Source: an uncultured Spirochaetota bacterium (GTDB taxonomy: Bacteria; Spirochaetota; Spirochaetia; SZUA-6; Fen-1364). Taken from it: 64,000 bases of DNA. Shown here piece after piece: positions 9,915 to 20,031 of the stretch. How positions within the stretch are numbered: the first letter of the stretch is position 1; every line of letters starts with the position of its first letter. Where the stretch lies: contig CAWAHW010000004.1 in NCBI GenBank assembly GCA_963781885.1, positions 544,001 through 608,000 of the forward strand, in the 5' to 3' direction. Below the pieces are notes generated by a model that saw nothing but the letters and a program-made list of their open reading frames with translations, made no database searches and had not been told where the DNA came from. The position numbers and the translations under genes are program-made.

Positions 9915-10892
9915 TCAGACGACCAGGTGCCGGCAGCGCGGACCGGCATAGCCCATGTCCGGCGTTGTAAATGCCGCCCCCAGACGGCCGCGGCAGTCGA
10001 CGGCCATGATGCCGCCGCGGCCGCCGGTGCGACGATGGATGGCGCGAAGCACCTCCTCCACCGCCTTCTGGGGATGCGCGCCGGCGGCGCACCGGTCGGA
10101 GACAGCCTTCGCGGCCGCGGCACGGATGAATGCCTCACCCCATCCCGTGCAGCAGACGCCGGCCCCTTCGTCGTCCGCGTAGATGCCGCAGCCGACGAGC
10201 GGCACGTCCCCCACCCGTCCCCGCTTCTTCCCGCGCGTGCCTCCCGTGCTCGCCCCGGCAAATACCGCCCATCGCCGGCCGCCCGTCTTGCGCACGCCGA
10301 CGACGATGCCGACGGTGCCTCTCTTCCCGTGCTCCGTCTCGCCGGTGCCGCCTCCCGTTTTTCCTTCTTCGTCGAAGAACACGCGCGCATCGGGTCTTCC
10401 CGCGCGCACCCAGGCCTCGTAGCCTTCGCGCTCACGTTGACTGACGAGTGTGGCAGGGTCGACGGCCGGGAATCCCTGGGACAGCGCAAAGCTCTCCGCA
10501 CCCTCGCCGATGAGCAGCACATGCTCGGTCTTCTCCATGACGGCGCGGGCGATCACGGAGGGGTTCTTGAACCTGCCGACCGCCGCGACCGCACCCGCCC
10601 GGAGGCCCGCGCCCTCCATCACTGCCGCGTCCAGCTCCGCCTTCCCGTCCTCGTTGAGGAAGCTTCCCGTGCCGGCGTCGAATGCCGGGTCGTCCTCCAG
10701 CGCCGCAAGCGAATCGACGACCGCGTCGAGTGGAGAGGCCCCTTTGCGAAGCGCGGCAAGCGCGGTCCGGTAGGCGTTCCTCACCCCCGCAACGTGCGCC
10801 GTCTTCAGAGCCTCCGGAATATTCCAGGCTCCCCCGTGAACCTGGATGAGGAACCGGGGATCGCCGTCGGTGGCAGTCCAATGGGAGAACAT
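9915..10892 (-). CDS. Isoaspartyl peptidase/L-asparaginase (Ntn-hydrolase)
   Basis: VHGGAW, LEDDPAFDAGTGS, autocleavage GTVG, STGG, GRVGDVP, TGWGE. Confidence 0.88.
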   Translation of the reverse strand: MFSHWTATDGDPRFLIQVHGGAWNIPEALKTAHVAGVRNAYRTALAALRKGASPLDAVVDSLAALEDDPAFDAGTGSFLNEDGKAELDAAVMEGAGLRAGAVAAVGRFKNPSVIARAVMEKTEHVLLIGEGAESFALSQGFPAVDPATLVSQREREGYEAWVRAGRPDARVFFDEEGKTGGGTGETEHGKRGTVGIVVGVRKTGGRRWAVFAGASTGGTRGKKRGRVGDVPLVGCGIYADDEGAGVCCTGWGEAFIRAAAAKAVSDRCAAGAHPQKAVEEVLRAIHRRTGGRGGIMAVDCRGRLGAAFTTPDMGYAGPRCRHLVV

Positions 10893-10895
10893 GGG

Positions 10896-11813
10896 CTACG
10901 TGAGAAACTGCTGCATATAGCGACGGCTCTGGACGAGGGCCGCCTTCCTGCTCTCCAGGCTGTCCTCGAATGCGCGGTCCTCGACCTCGATGCAGGCCGG
11001 ACCGTCATAGCCGACGTCGGTGAGGGCAGACACGAAGCGCCCCCACTGTACGTCGCCCAGACCGGGCAGCTTGGGCGCGGAAAACTCCAGGGGCGTGGCG
11101 AGGATGCCCACCTCGTCGAGCCTGTCCCGCCGGACCTTCAGGTCCTTGATGTGGACGTGGAACAGCCGGTCCGGGAACTCATACACGGCCCGCACGTAAT
11201 CGATCTGCTGCCAGACCAGGTGCGAGGGGTCGAGATTCAGACCGAAGCTCTTCGACGGTATCTCCGCGAACATGCGCCGCCAGATCGCGGGGCTGGTGGC
11301 GAGATTCTTCCCCCCGGGCCATTCGTCCATCGTGAAAAGCATGGGACAGTTTTCAATGCCGATCTTCACGCCCTTTGCCTCTGCGAATGCCACGATGTCA
11401 GGCCAGACCGCGGCAAACTTCCTGAAATTATCATCGACGCCCCTGCCGGGGTCCCGTCCGATGAACGTGTTGACGACGCCGACCCCGAGGGCCGCGGCGG
11501 CCTCGATCACCTTGCGGATGTGCGCGCGATGGAACGCCGCGCTTTTTTCATCCGGGTCCAATGCGTTGGCATAATAACCGAGGCCCGAGATGCCGACACT
11601 CTTTTCCGCCAGGAGCTTCTTCATCTTCGCGACGTCCGCGGAGGACAGCGCATCCACGTCCACGTGTGTCACGCCGGCGTAGCGGCGCTCCGCCTTTCCC
11701 CGCGGCCAGCACATGAGCTCCACGCACCCGAAGCCCTCCTGCGCGGCAAATGCCACAACCTCCTCGAAGCTGAGCTCCGGGAGAATCGCGCTCACGAAAC
11801 CGAGCTTCACCAT
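10896..11813 (-). CDS. Sugar phosphate isomerase/epimerase (TIM barrel, IolH-like)
   Basis: [32 protein letters not shown]. Confidence 0.85.
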   Translation of the reverse strand: MVKLGFVSAILPELSFEEVVAFAAQEGFGCVELMCWPRGKAERRYAGVTHVDVDALSSADVAKMKKLLAEKSVGISGLGYYANALDPDEKSAAFHRAHIRKVIEAAAALGVGVVNTFIGRDPGRGVDDNFRKFAAVWPDIVAFAEAKGVKIGIENCPMLFTMDEWPGGKNLATSPAIWRRMFAEIPSKSFGLNLDPSHLVWQQIDYVRAVYEFPDRLFHVHIKDLKVRRDRLDEVGILATPLEFSAPKLPGLGDVQWGRFVSALTDVGYDGPACIEVEDRAFEDSLESRKAALVQSRRYMQQFLT

Positions 11814-11966
11814 TGCCCGTTCTCCTTTCGCCTCACGCGTTGCCAAAATCCTACACGATTTTTGAATATGAGACGATTCACCATCCCACGGGAAAGGACC
11901 GCGACCGGTCCCCTTCTTTCGGGCCCAAAGGCCGATGCGGTCCGCTGGGCCCCCCGCGCTTTCATC

Positions 11967-12008
11967 TTGACAACGACGCCTCCTTCCACTATTATGCAAT
12001 CGATTGCA
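11967..12008 (+). promoter_or_regulatory. Sigma70 promoter plus LacI-type operator
   Basis: TTGACA-N17-TATTAT followed directly by the perfect palindrome TGCAATCGATTGCA (11995-12008). Confidence 0.8.
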
Positions 12009-12021
12009 CAAAAGGGGACAC

Positions 12022-13047
12022 ATGGTACGGATCAAGGACATCGCTTCGGCGCTCGAGATTTCCAGCGCGACCGTCTCCCGGGCGCTGAGCGATGACCCGA
12101 GAATATCCCCCCCGACCAAGGAAAAGGTGCGCGCGCTCGTCAAAAAGACCGGCTACCGCATGAATGACATCGCCCGGAGCCTGAAGACGAACAGGACCCG
12201 GACGATCGGCCTCGTCGTGCCGCAGCTCGCGGAAGAGTTCTTCATGAAAGTCGCGCACGGGATCGAAGACGAATTGAGAAACAGCGGCTACCAGATGCTC
12301 ATCTGCAACGCGCAGGAGTCGGTCGAAAGGGAGAGGGAATGCCTCGAGCTGCTGCTGCAGAAGCGCGTCGACGGCATCATCGTCATCCCCAGCACGGGCA
12401 GCGGCACCCACTTGAAGACCGTGAAGGCCCGCGGCGTCCCCTGCGTCCTGGTCGACAGGCTCGTGAAAGGCTTCGCCGCGGACGCCGTCGTGGTGGACAA
12501 CTTCGAGGCCACCCGCGGCGCCCTTTCCTGCCTTTCCGACCAGAGCATCGCGAGGCTCGGATTCATCGGCGGCGAAATGACATTCTCCACGGCGCAGGAG
12601 CGCTATCGCGGCTACGAGCAGGCATTGCGCGAACGGGGAATCCCGCTGGAAAAGGAGATCATCAAGTTTGGCGACTTTCACGCCGACAGCGGCTACGCGC
12701 TCATGAAGGAGCTCTGTGAGCTCGACCGACCGGTCCGCAGCCTTTTCATCGCAAACCACTACATGTACGTCGGAGCGGCACGGTACCTCGTGGAGAGCGG
12801 CCTCATCTACGAAGAGGCGTTCGACATCGTCAATTTCGACGAGATGAGCTCCTCCGCGGCTCTCCGGCTGGCGCGCATCACCGTTTCGCAGCCGGTCGTC
12901 GAAATCGGCGTGGAGGCGGCGCGACTGATACTCGATCGGGCATCGGGACGCAGATCAGGCCGGCACCGGATCGTCACGCTCAACACGACGCTCGTCTTTC
13001 ACGACAGAAAGCCAGCGGGGAAGGAGAAATCGGGATGGGCGAAATAA
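12022..13047 (+). CDS. LacI family transcriptional regulator
   Basis: [26 protein letters not shown] hinge, sugar-binding domain. Confidence 0.93.
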   Translation: MVRIKDIASALEISSATVSRALSDDPRISPPTKEKVRALVKKTGYRMNDIARSLKTNRTRTIGLVVPQLAEEFFMKVAHGIEDELRNSGYQMLICNAQESVERERECLELLLQKRVDGIIVIPSTGSGTHLKTVKARGVPCVLVDRLVKGFAADAVVVDNFEATRGALSCLSDQSIARLGFIGGEMTFSTAQERYRGYEQALRERGIPLEKEIIKFGDFHADSGYALMKELCELDRPVRSLFIANHYMYVGAARYLVESGLIYEEAFDIVNFDEMSSSAALRLARITVSQPVVEIGVEAARLILDRASGRRSGRHRIVTLNTTLVFHDRKPAGKEKSGWAK

Positions 13048-15443
13048 GAATCGCGACGCACGGCAACATGCTGGCCGCGGAGAACGGCGTGCACTCGTTC
13101 GCCTTTGACACGACGAATGCCCGGTTCGAAATCCGCTCGGCCGTCCTTCCGATTTCCGTGTCGGCCGCGGCGGCGCGGATCGAGTGCCGGATCGACGGCC
13201 GGAGAAGCATCATCGACCTTGCCGACGTTGCACGGTCATACGGCACGTCGGATTTCAACGACGCCCACGGGACGGGAAAGGAGCTGTCGGCGCGCGGCAC
13301 GACACGGGACGACCTCGCGGTTTCCCTTGCCGTGCGGATGTACGACGATCGTCCCTTTTTGCTGTTCCGGTGCGGGATTGAGAACCGCGGCGCGCATGAC
13401 GTACGGCTCGACCTGATCCGCCTCCTCGACGCCAATCCCGCGCAGGGCAGCGCCGTCGAGCTTGGGACGCCCGGAGAAAGCGCGTCGTTTTTCAAGGTCG
13501 GGTGGCATGACTGGTGTTACAGCGGCCTTCGATCGGCCGATCAAAGGGACGTCGGCACGCGCATCAAGAGCTTTGTCGGAAAGATGTATTTCAACCCCTC
13601 CACGCCGATACCCCGTCAAAAAGGAAGGTTCTGGAGTGAGGGCTGGGCAATACTCGCCGGCGCGAAGGCGGCGCTGGTTGCAGGCCTCGCGTCGCAATCA
13701 GAACAGTTCGGCCAGGTCTACGCCGACTGCAGAGGGGGGAGGCTCGGTTTCTCCCTGGTCGCCGCGGCGGACGGGATCCCGCTCGAGCCGGGCGAATCCT
13801 TCATGTCCGAGCCCGGCTTCATCCAGATCGTCGCCCTTCCCGACCCCGAACCGGCGCGGGAATACGTCGAAGCAGTCGCGCGGGAGATGCGGGCGCGCGT
13901 GCCGCAGACGGTGCCCGTCAAGTGGACCCACTGGTACCACTATTTCCACAACATCAGCGAGAAGCTCTTCCTGGACAATCTCACGGTCATCGACGGCATC
14001 CGCGACGTCATCCCGTTCAAGACCGTCCAGCTCGACGACGGCTACCAGTCTGCCTGGGGCGATTGGTACGCGTGCAACGACAAGTTCCCCTCGGGACTTC
14101 TTTCGCTCTCGACGCAGATACGCGACAAGGGCTTTACTCCCGGCCTCTGGCTTGCCCCATTCGTCGCCGATCCGAAATCGAAGCTGGCAGCCGCGCATCC
14201 CGACTGGCTCGTGAAGGATGAAAAGGGGAAGCCCATCGTCAGCGGCTACTTCTGGAGCTTCTACGGGCATTCACTCGATTCGTCCAACCCGCAGGTGCTC
14301 GACTGGCTCCGCGAGCTCATGGCGACGGTGGTGAACACGTGGGGCTTCACGTTCGTGAAGACCGACTTCACCTACGCCGGAGCGCTTCCCGGCGTGCGGT
14401 ACGACCCGAAGCTGACGCGCGCGCAGGCCTACCGCAAGGGGATGGAGGCGATCCGGGAGGGGATCGGGGAAAATGCATTTCTCCTCGGATGCGGCTCTCC
14501 GTACGGACCGTCCATCGGCCTTGTCGATGCCATGCGCATCGGCCCGGACACGGCGCCGAACTGGAACCCCTACCTGTTCAACATGAAGTTTGCCACCCCC
14601 TTCATCAAGGGCGAAACGGGCATTGGCGCGCTGCGCAACAACATCCGCCAGACGCTCAACATGAGCATCGTGCATCGCCGATGGTGGTGGAGCGATCCCG
14701 ACTGCCTCATGGTCAGGGACTACGACACGAAGCTGAGCGACGATGAGATCCTGAGCAACGTGTCCCTCATCGGTCTCATGGGCGGCCTCGTGATCAACAG
14801 TGACGACCTGACGCGCCTCTCCCCGGAACGTCAACGCCTCGTGGCTTTGCTCTGCCCGGTGCTGAGTCGCGGCGGAAGGCCGCTCGATCTTCTAGAGCGG
14901 GAAATGGCGGAAATCTACGATCTGCCCATGAGCGCGGCATGGGGAGAATGGCACGTCGCCGCCGCGTTCAACTGGAGTGACCATAAAAGGAAAAAAACAA
15001 TCTCACCCGTTCGGCTCGGATTTCCGGCGGGCGCGCGCCTGCATGTCCACGATTTCTGGAGCAACACTCATTCGGTGGCAGAGGGGCCGATCGATCTCGG
15101 ACAGGTGCCGCCCCACGGGTGCCGGCTTCTGCGCCTCACCGCGGTCACCGGTCAGCCGCGGATCGTGGGAAGCACGCTCCATATCACCCAGGGGGGAGAG
15201 ATCGAATCGCTCTGCGTTGAAAAGGCAACGATGCGCGTGATCGTGAAGGACCTCGGAAGGCGCGTCGAGGGAGAGCTGCTGTTCAGCCTCCCCCGGCAGC
15301 CGCACGGCGTCATGGTCGGCGAGACCCCGACGGATGCGCGCGACAGGGGCGATGGCGTCTGGTCGATTCCCCTGAAAGCCCGGGGACGCGTCGCGATCAC
15401 CGTTGCAATGGAGAAAAGCTCGGGCCCGAACGATGGCGCCTGA
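13035..15443 (+). CDS. Alpha-galactosidase-like glycoside hydrolase, family GH36
   Basis: WTHWY, QLDDGYQ, GLWLAPF, nucleophile VKTDF, acid/base RIGPDT, DPDCL. Confidence 0.85.
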   Translation: MGEIRIATHGNMLAAENGVHSFAFDTTNARFEIRSAVLPISVSAAAARIECRIDGRRSIIDLADVARSYGTSDFNDAHGTGKELSARGTTRDDLAVSLAVRMYDDRPFLLFRCGIENRGAHDVRLDLIRLLDANPAQGSAVELGTPGESASFFKVGWHDWCYSGLRSADQRDVGTRIKSFVGKMYFNPSTPIPRQKGRFWSEGWAILAGAKAALVAGLASQSEQFGQVYADCRGGRLGFSLVAAADGIPLEPGESFMSEPGFIQIVALPDPEPAREYVEAVAREMRARVPQTVPVKWTHWYHYFHNISEKLFLDNLTVIDGIRDVIPFKTVQLDDGYQSAWGDWYACNDKFPSGLLSLSTQIRDKGFTPGLWLAPFVADPKSKLAAAHPDWLVKDEKGKPIVSGYFWSFYGHSLDSSNPQVLDWLRELMATVVNTWGFTFVKTDFTYAGALPGVRYDPKLTRAQAYRKGMEAIREGIGENAFLLGCGSPYGPSIGLVDAMRIGPDTAPNWNPYLFNMKFATPFIKGETGIGALRNNIRQTLNMSIVHRRWWWSDPDCLMVRDYDTKLSDDEILSNVSLIGLMGGLVINSDDLTRLSPERQRLVALLCPVLSRGGRPLDLLEREMAEIYDLPMSAAWGEWHVAAAFNWSDHKRKKTISPVRLGFPAGARLHVHDFWSNTHSVAEGPIDLGQVPPHGCRLLRLTAVTGQPRIVGSTLHITQGGEIESLCVEKATMRVIVKDLGRRVEGELLFSLPRQPHGVMVGETPTDARDRGDGVWSIPLKARGRVAITVAMEKSSGPNDGA

Positions 15444-15461
15444 TTCAGAAGGGGGAAGGAC

Positions 15462-16433
15462 GTGATGGAAAAGTATTCTGTATTTCTGGGCAACGTGGGA
15501 AGCTGTTCCGACAGGTTCTGCAAGGCCTATGGCAGGCCGTACACTCCGGAGGAGCTTTTCGATCGCGTTGCGTCGATCGAAGGCATCACCGGCGTCGATC
15601 TGGTGGTGAACGACGAGCTCATCGACGACAAGAACCGCATGAAGGGCTGCGTGAAAAAGTCCGGTCTGAAGGTGGCGTCCCTCAACGTCGACCTCTTCTC
15701 CGATCCCGCCTACCAGCAGGGCTCCCTTTCCTCGATTTCACCGTCCACGAGAAAAAAGGCCATGGACCTCGCCTTCCGAACCATGGCCCTGGCGCGGGAG
15801 ATCGGCTGCGATACGGTGGTCCTGTGGCCGGGACAGGACGGCTACGACTACATATTCCAGGCCGATTACATCGCGGAGCGGGACCTCTTCTGCGCTTCCA
15901 TCAAGGAAATCTGCCGGCACGATCCTGCCCTCACCATCGGGCTGGAGTACAAGATCAAGGAGCCGCGCACGCGGTGCTATCTCAGCACGACCGCAATGGC
16001 GCTCCTGATCATCCAGGAGGTGGGGGAGAAGAACTGCGCCGCCGTGCTCGACTACGGCCACGCGCTGGACGCCTATGAAAACCCGGCGGAGTCGGTGGCC
16101 CTGCTCTTTCGATACGGCAATCGACTCCACCACGTCCACATCAACGACAACTATCGCTCCTGGGACGACGACATGATCGTGGGCACGGTGCATACGCTCG
16201 AGTTCCTCGAGTTCTTCTACTGGCTGCGCAAGACCGGCTACGCGGGCTGGATCACCGTGGACCAGTTCCCCTACCGCGAAGACGGGAGGGACGCCGTGGC
16301 GGAGAGCATCGCGTGGATGCGGAAGCTGCAAGGTGTGATCGGCCGGGCCGATCTGCGCGTGATTCAGGAGACGCTCGGCAAGAAGGATGCCATTGCATCG
16401 AGCCGGCTCATGCGTTCCCTGTTGTTTCCCTGA
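15462..16433 (+). CDS. Xylose/rhamnose/apiose-isomerase-like TIM-barrel aldose-ketose isomerase
   Basis: WPGQDG, LEYKIKEPR, LDYGH, HINDNYRSWDDD, DQFPYRED metal ligands. Confidence 0.8.
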   Translation: MMEKYSVFLGNVGSCSDRFCKAYGRPYTPEELFDRVASIEGITGVDLVVNDELIDDKNRMKGCVKKSGLKVASLNVDLFSDPAYQQGSLSSISPSTRKKAMDLAFRTMALAREIGCDTVVLWPGQDGYDYIFQADYIAERDLFCASIKEICRHDPALTIGLEYKIKEPRTRCYLSTTAMALLIIQEVGEKNCAAVLDYGHALDAYENPAESVALLFRYGNRLHHVHINDNYRSWDDDMIVGTVHTLEFLEFFYWLRKTGYAGWITVDQFPYREDGRDAVAESIAWMRKLQGVIGRADLRVIQETLGKKDAIASSRLMRSLLFP

Positions 16434-16449
16434 GCAAGGAGGTGACGCG

Positions 16450-17046
16450 ATGCACGAAGAGCTGAAACGGACCGTCCTGGAAATCGCGGCGCTGGTCTGG
16501 GAGAGGAGACTGTCGGACGCTGCCGGAGGAAACATCAGCGTGCGCGAGGGGGACACGGTCTGCATCACCCCGAAGCTGATGGGCTACCGGCTGCGCTGGC
16601 ACATCACGGAACAGGACCTTGCCCTCACCACGCTCTCCGGCGAGGTACGGGAGGGACCGGCGGAGATCACGCGCGAAGGGCTTCTCCATCTGGGAATCTA
16701 TCGGGCTTTCGACGAGGCACACGCCGTCATCCACGCCCACCCCTACTGGACGAATGTGTTCGTGGCAAAGGCGCGGCCGATCGTCCCGACGCTGGAGACG
16801 ACGCAGAAGTTCGGCACAATCGAATGCATTGAAGAGACGCGTGGATACTCGAAGGAGCTTGCGGAAAAGGTGATCGCGCACTTCGCGACGAAGCGGGAGC
16901 TCCTCCGGCAATCCGCATTGATGGTGATCCTGCCGCGACACGGGATCGTGGCGGCCGGCCGCGACATGAATGCCTGCTTCGACATCGTGGACCGGATCGA
17001 GTCGGAGTGCCGGTGCCAGATACTCGGCAAGCTGCTCGACCTGTGA
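16450..17046 (+). CDS. Class II aldolase/adducin family protein
   Basis: GGNISVR, TREGLLHLGIY, VIHAHP, HGIV. Confidence 0.87.
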   Translation: MHEELKRTVLEIAALVWERRLSDAAGGNISVREGDTVCITPKLMGYRLRWHITEQDLALTTLSGEVREGPAEITREGLLHLGIYRAFDEAHAVIHAHPYWTNVFVAKARPIVPTLETTQKFGTIECIEETRGYSKELAEKVIAHFATKRELLRQSALMVILPRHGIVAAGRDMNACFDIVDRIESECRCQILGKLLDL

Positions 17047-18007
17047 TCCTCGCCGTGACGCTCAATCCCGCCGTGGACTACACCGTCTACGGCGGCGCGT
17101 TCCAGCCTTACCAGACGAATCGGGGAAGGGACATCCCCCCGGACCCGGCGGAAAAGGCAACAACGCGGCGAGGATCTGCCGGATACTCGGGCATGAAACG
17201 ATTGCAAGCGGCATTGTCGGGGGCTTCACCGGCGCGTTCATCGAGAAGAAGCTCGGCGAGGAGGGGATCGTCACCGATTTTCTCCATGTCGCGAGCCCGA
17301 CGCGGATCACGCTCGCCTTTCTCAGCGAGGGCAGCGGTCGGGACACGAAGATCGTGCCGGCCGGCGCCGACCTTTCATCCGCCGCGGAAGCTTTTCTCAC
17401 CCATTACCGCGGGCTGTTGGAGAAATACCCCATCACCATCGTCCTGCTCTGCGGCTCGCTCCCTCCGGGCATTCCGCCGGATTATTATGGAACACTCATC
17501 GATGCCGCAAAGGCGAAGGGGATTCCCGCCATCCTCGACACGAGCGGGGCGCCCCTTCTGCAGTCGCTTGCGCATTCCCCCCTCATGGCGAAACCGAACC
17601 TCGCGGAGGCGCGCGAGGCATTCGGAAGCGCCGACTCTGACGCGTTGGAAGAACGTCTTCGCGCGCTGTCGCTCTCGATCCGGCTCGTCGCGCTCACCCT
17701 CGGCGGCGACGGGGCGGTATTCTTCACGGAGGGGAGGCGCATCGAGGCGAAATCCCCCGCGCGCTCCGCGGTGAGCTCCGTCGGAGCGGGGGACGCGTTC
17801 GTCGCCGGTCTTGCCTGTGCCTACGCGCGATTCGGTTTCGATCTCGACGCGCTGATCACCTGGTCGATGGCGGCCGGAGCCTGCACCGCGCAATCGCCCG
17901 GCATCACGTGGGAGCAATCCCTTTTTCGGACGATGCTCGCCCGGGAGGAGAGGACGCACCGCGCGATCCCGTCGGAGGACAATGGGAACGATATTCCGCC
18001 CTCGTGA
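17043..18007 (+). CDS. 1-phosphofructokinase-family (PfkB) kinase (frameshift near 17146)
   Basis: VTLNPAVD in one frame; GGKGNN, GSLPPG, DTSG, KPNLAE, VGAGDAF in another. One base missing at GACCCGGC. Confidence 0.85.
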
Positions 18008-18027
18008 CGGACAGCCGTTCTGCGGCG

Positions 18028-18408
18028 TTAGGACTGCGGGACTGCTCCGAGGAATAACTTCAGTGAAAGGGCCCACAGAACAGGATTGAGAAAGATCCCG
18101 ATGATTCCAAAAACCATGCCGGTCAGGGTCGCTCGTTTTTCAGCCGGCGACATTCTGCCGGACCTTATCTTTTTCAGATCGCGGCTCCCCATGACCCAGG
18201 CCGGTATGCCGATGAAGAGTCCCGCGAGAATGATGCTGAGGATGCCGAAAAAGAGGATCGTGCTCCCCCTGCCCTGTTCGACTGTCGAATAACCCGGGTC
18301 AACCGCGCCTTTTTGCAAAGCCGGCTGCGCAAGCGCAAGGGGCCGCCCGCAGGAAACGCAGACGGTGGCATATGCGTCGTTTGTCCGGCCGCAACTCTTG
18401 CAGCGCAT
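18028..18408 (-). CDS. Zinc-ribbon plus DUF4190-like membrane protein
   Basis: CKSCG...CVSCG, then two TM segments (FGILSII...PAWVMG...GMVFGIIG). Confidence 0.7.
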   Translation of the reverse strand: MRCKSCGRTNDAYATVCVSCGRPLALAQPALQKGAVDPGYSTVEQGRGSTILFFGILSIILAGLFIGIPAWVMGSRDLKKIRSGRMSPAEKRATLTGMVFGIIGIFLNPVLWALSLKLFLGAVPQS

Positions 18409-18640
18409 GTGCTCCCCCTTGCCAGGCTTTCCGGCTCCTGCCGGCGAGATGGCCGCAGCCCCTCATCCCGCCTGAACCGGTCATCCTCGTGCGGCAGAAA
18501 TTTATGACTGGCAAAGGGGTCGCGTCAAGTCTGAAGACGCCGGTGCCTTCATGCGGGCGGGGATCCCTGGCGCTTTCCCCTCTCACAGTTGGCGGTTTTG
18601 CCTCTCACGCTCAAGGAACATGTCGGTGTATTATGTCACC

Positions 18641-19039
18641 ATGAAAGCAGAAACCATCGTGATGTCCGCAGTGATTCCTGCAGACCCCAACGTCATCTAC
18701 AAGGCATGGCTGAGCGGCAAGGAGCATGGCGAAATGACCGGCAGTGGAGCCACCGTCGTTGCCAGGGTCGGGGGGAAGTACACGGCCTGGGATGGCTATA
18801 TCTCGGGAAAGACGCTGGAGATGGAGCCCGGAAAGCGCATCGTGCAGTCCTGGCGCTCCACCGATTTCCCCGCGGACGCGGCCGACTCCCGGCTGGAGGT
18901 CACGCTCGCCGTGGCCAAGGGCGGCACGAAGGTCACCTTGACGCACAGCGAGCTGCCGGCCGGCAGCTCGGCGGAATACAAGAAAGGCTGGATCGACTAC
19001 TACTTCACGCCCATGAAGAAATATTTCGCGGGCAAATAG
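18641..19039 (+). CDS. SRPBCC/AHA1-like domain protein
   Basis: IYKAW, GGKYTAWDG, RIVQSWR, GWIDYYF. Confidence 0.85.
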   Translation: MKAETIVMSAVIPADPNVIYKAWLSGKEHGEMTGSGATVVARVGGKYTAWDGYISGKTLEMEPGKRIVQSWRSTDFPADAADSRLEVTLAVAKGGTKVTLTHSELPAGSSAEYKKGWIDYYFTPMKKYFAGK

Positions 19040-19121
19040 GGGCGGCACGCCTGACGACAGCCGCGCGTAGGCACGTCGACGCCCGCCGTGTTACGGTGAG
19101 CGTCATGCGCGGCGGCCGCAC

Positions 19122-19973
19122 ATGATCGTTCACCTGATCGACGGCACCTACGAGCTCTTCCGCTGCTTCTACGGCAACAAGCGTTCCACGCGGCCGGACG
19201 ATGGCAGGGGTGCGATCCGACTCGTCCTGCAGACCCTGCTCGGCATGGTGGAGGAAGGGGCCACCCACCTCGGCGTCGCCACGGACCATGTCATCGAATC
19301 CTTTCGCAATGCCCTCTGGCCGGGGTACAAGACCGGCGACGGCATCGATCCGACTTTGCGCGCCCAGTTCCATCCGCTTGAAGAAGCGCTCGCGGCATTC
19401 GGATTCGTCGTATGGCCGATGGTGGAGCTCGAGGCAGACGACGCGCTGGCTTCCGCTGCCGCTGCCGCGGCGCGCGCCCCGCAGGTGCAGAAGGTCTGCA
19501 TCTGGACACCCGACAAGGACTTGGCCCAGTGCGTGGCGGGTGACAGGGTCGTGCAGGTCGACCGGCGCGGCGGTCACATCAGGAACGAGGCAGGGGTCGT
19601 GGAGAAGTTCGGCGTGATGCCGCGGTCCATACCCGATTACCTGGCACTCGTGGGAGACAGCGCGGACGGCTATCCCGGCATCCCGGGCTGGGGAGCAAAG
19701 TCGGCCGCGGCGGCGCTCTCACGCTACATTCACCTGGCGGATATCCCGGTCAACGAGCAGGAGGGACGGCTTGCCGTGAGCCTGCGGACCAACTGGGAGC
19801 TTGCTCTCCTTTTTCTCAAGCTGGCAACGCTCAGGACCGACGCCAGCCTCTTCGATTCCGTTGAAGCACTTCGATGGAAGGGACCGAAGCCGGAGGCTGC
19901 CCGGCTTGCGGCGCAGATGAGGGCGGAGAACATCCTTGAACGGGCCTTGAAGGCGGCATCGGCCATCACGTGA
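19122..19973 (+). CDS. Stand-alone 5'-3' exonuclease / flap endonuclease
   Basis: HLIDGTYELFR, SFRN...YK, EADDAL, DKDL, LVGDSADGYPGIPGWGAKSA (H3TH). Confidence 0.9.
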   Translation: MIVHLIDGTYELFRCFYGNKRSTRPDDGRGAIRLVLQTLLGMVEEGATHLGVATDHVIESFRNALWPGYKTGDGIDPTLRAQFHPLEEALAAFGFVVWPMVELEADDALASAAAAAARAPQVQKVCIWTPDKDLAQCVAGDRVVQVDRRGGHIRNEAGVVEKFGVMPRSIPDYLALVGDSADGYPGIPGWGAKSAAAALSRYIHLADIPVNEQEGRLAVSLRTNWELALLFLKLATLRTDASLFDSVEALRWKGPKPEAARLAAQMRAENILERALKAASAIT

Positions 19974-20031
19974 TCATGCAGGAGGCCACGGCGAAACCAT
20001 GGTGCCGCCGGGCACGAAGGCGCTTTTCCAT

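Noticed and set aside
9687-12095. Long antisense ORFs (also 5489-6988, 6963-8708, 48269-49693)
   Set aside because: Expected stop-poor shadow frames in high-GC DNA, opposite well-supported genes and with no recognisable motifs.
18409-18640. Structured leader or riboswitch between DUF4190 and SRPBCC genes
   Set aside because: Only short GC hairpins; no riboswitch consensus recognised.
19122-19973. 5'-3' exonuclease as a phage or defence gene
   Set aside because: Ordinary stand-alone flap endonuclease with no phage or mobile-element neighbours.
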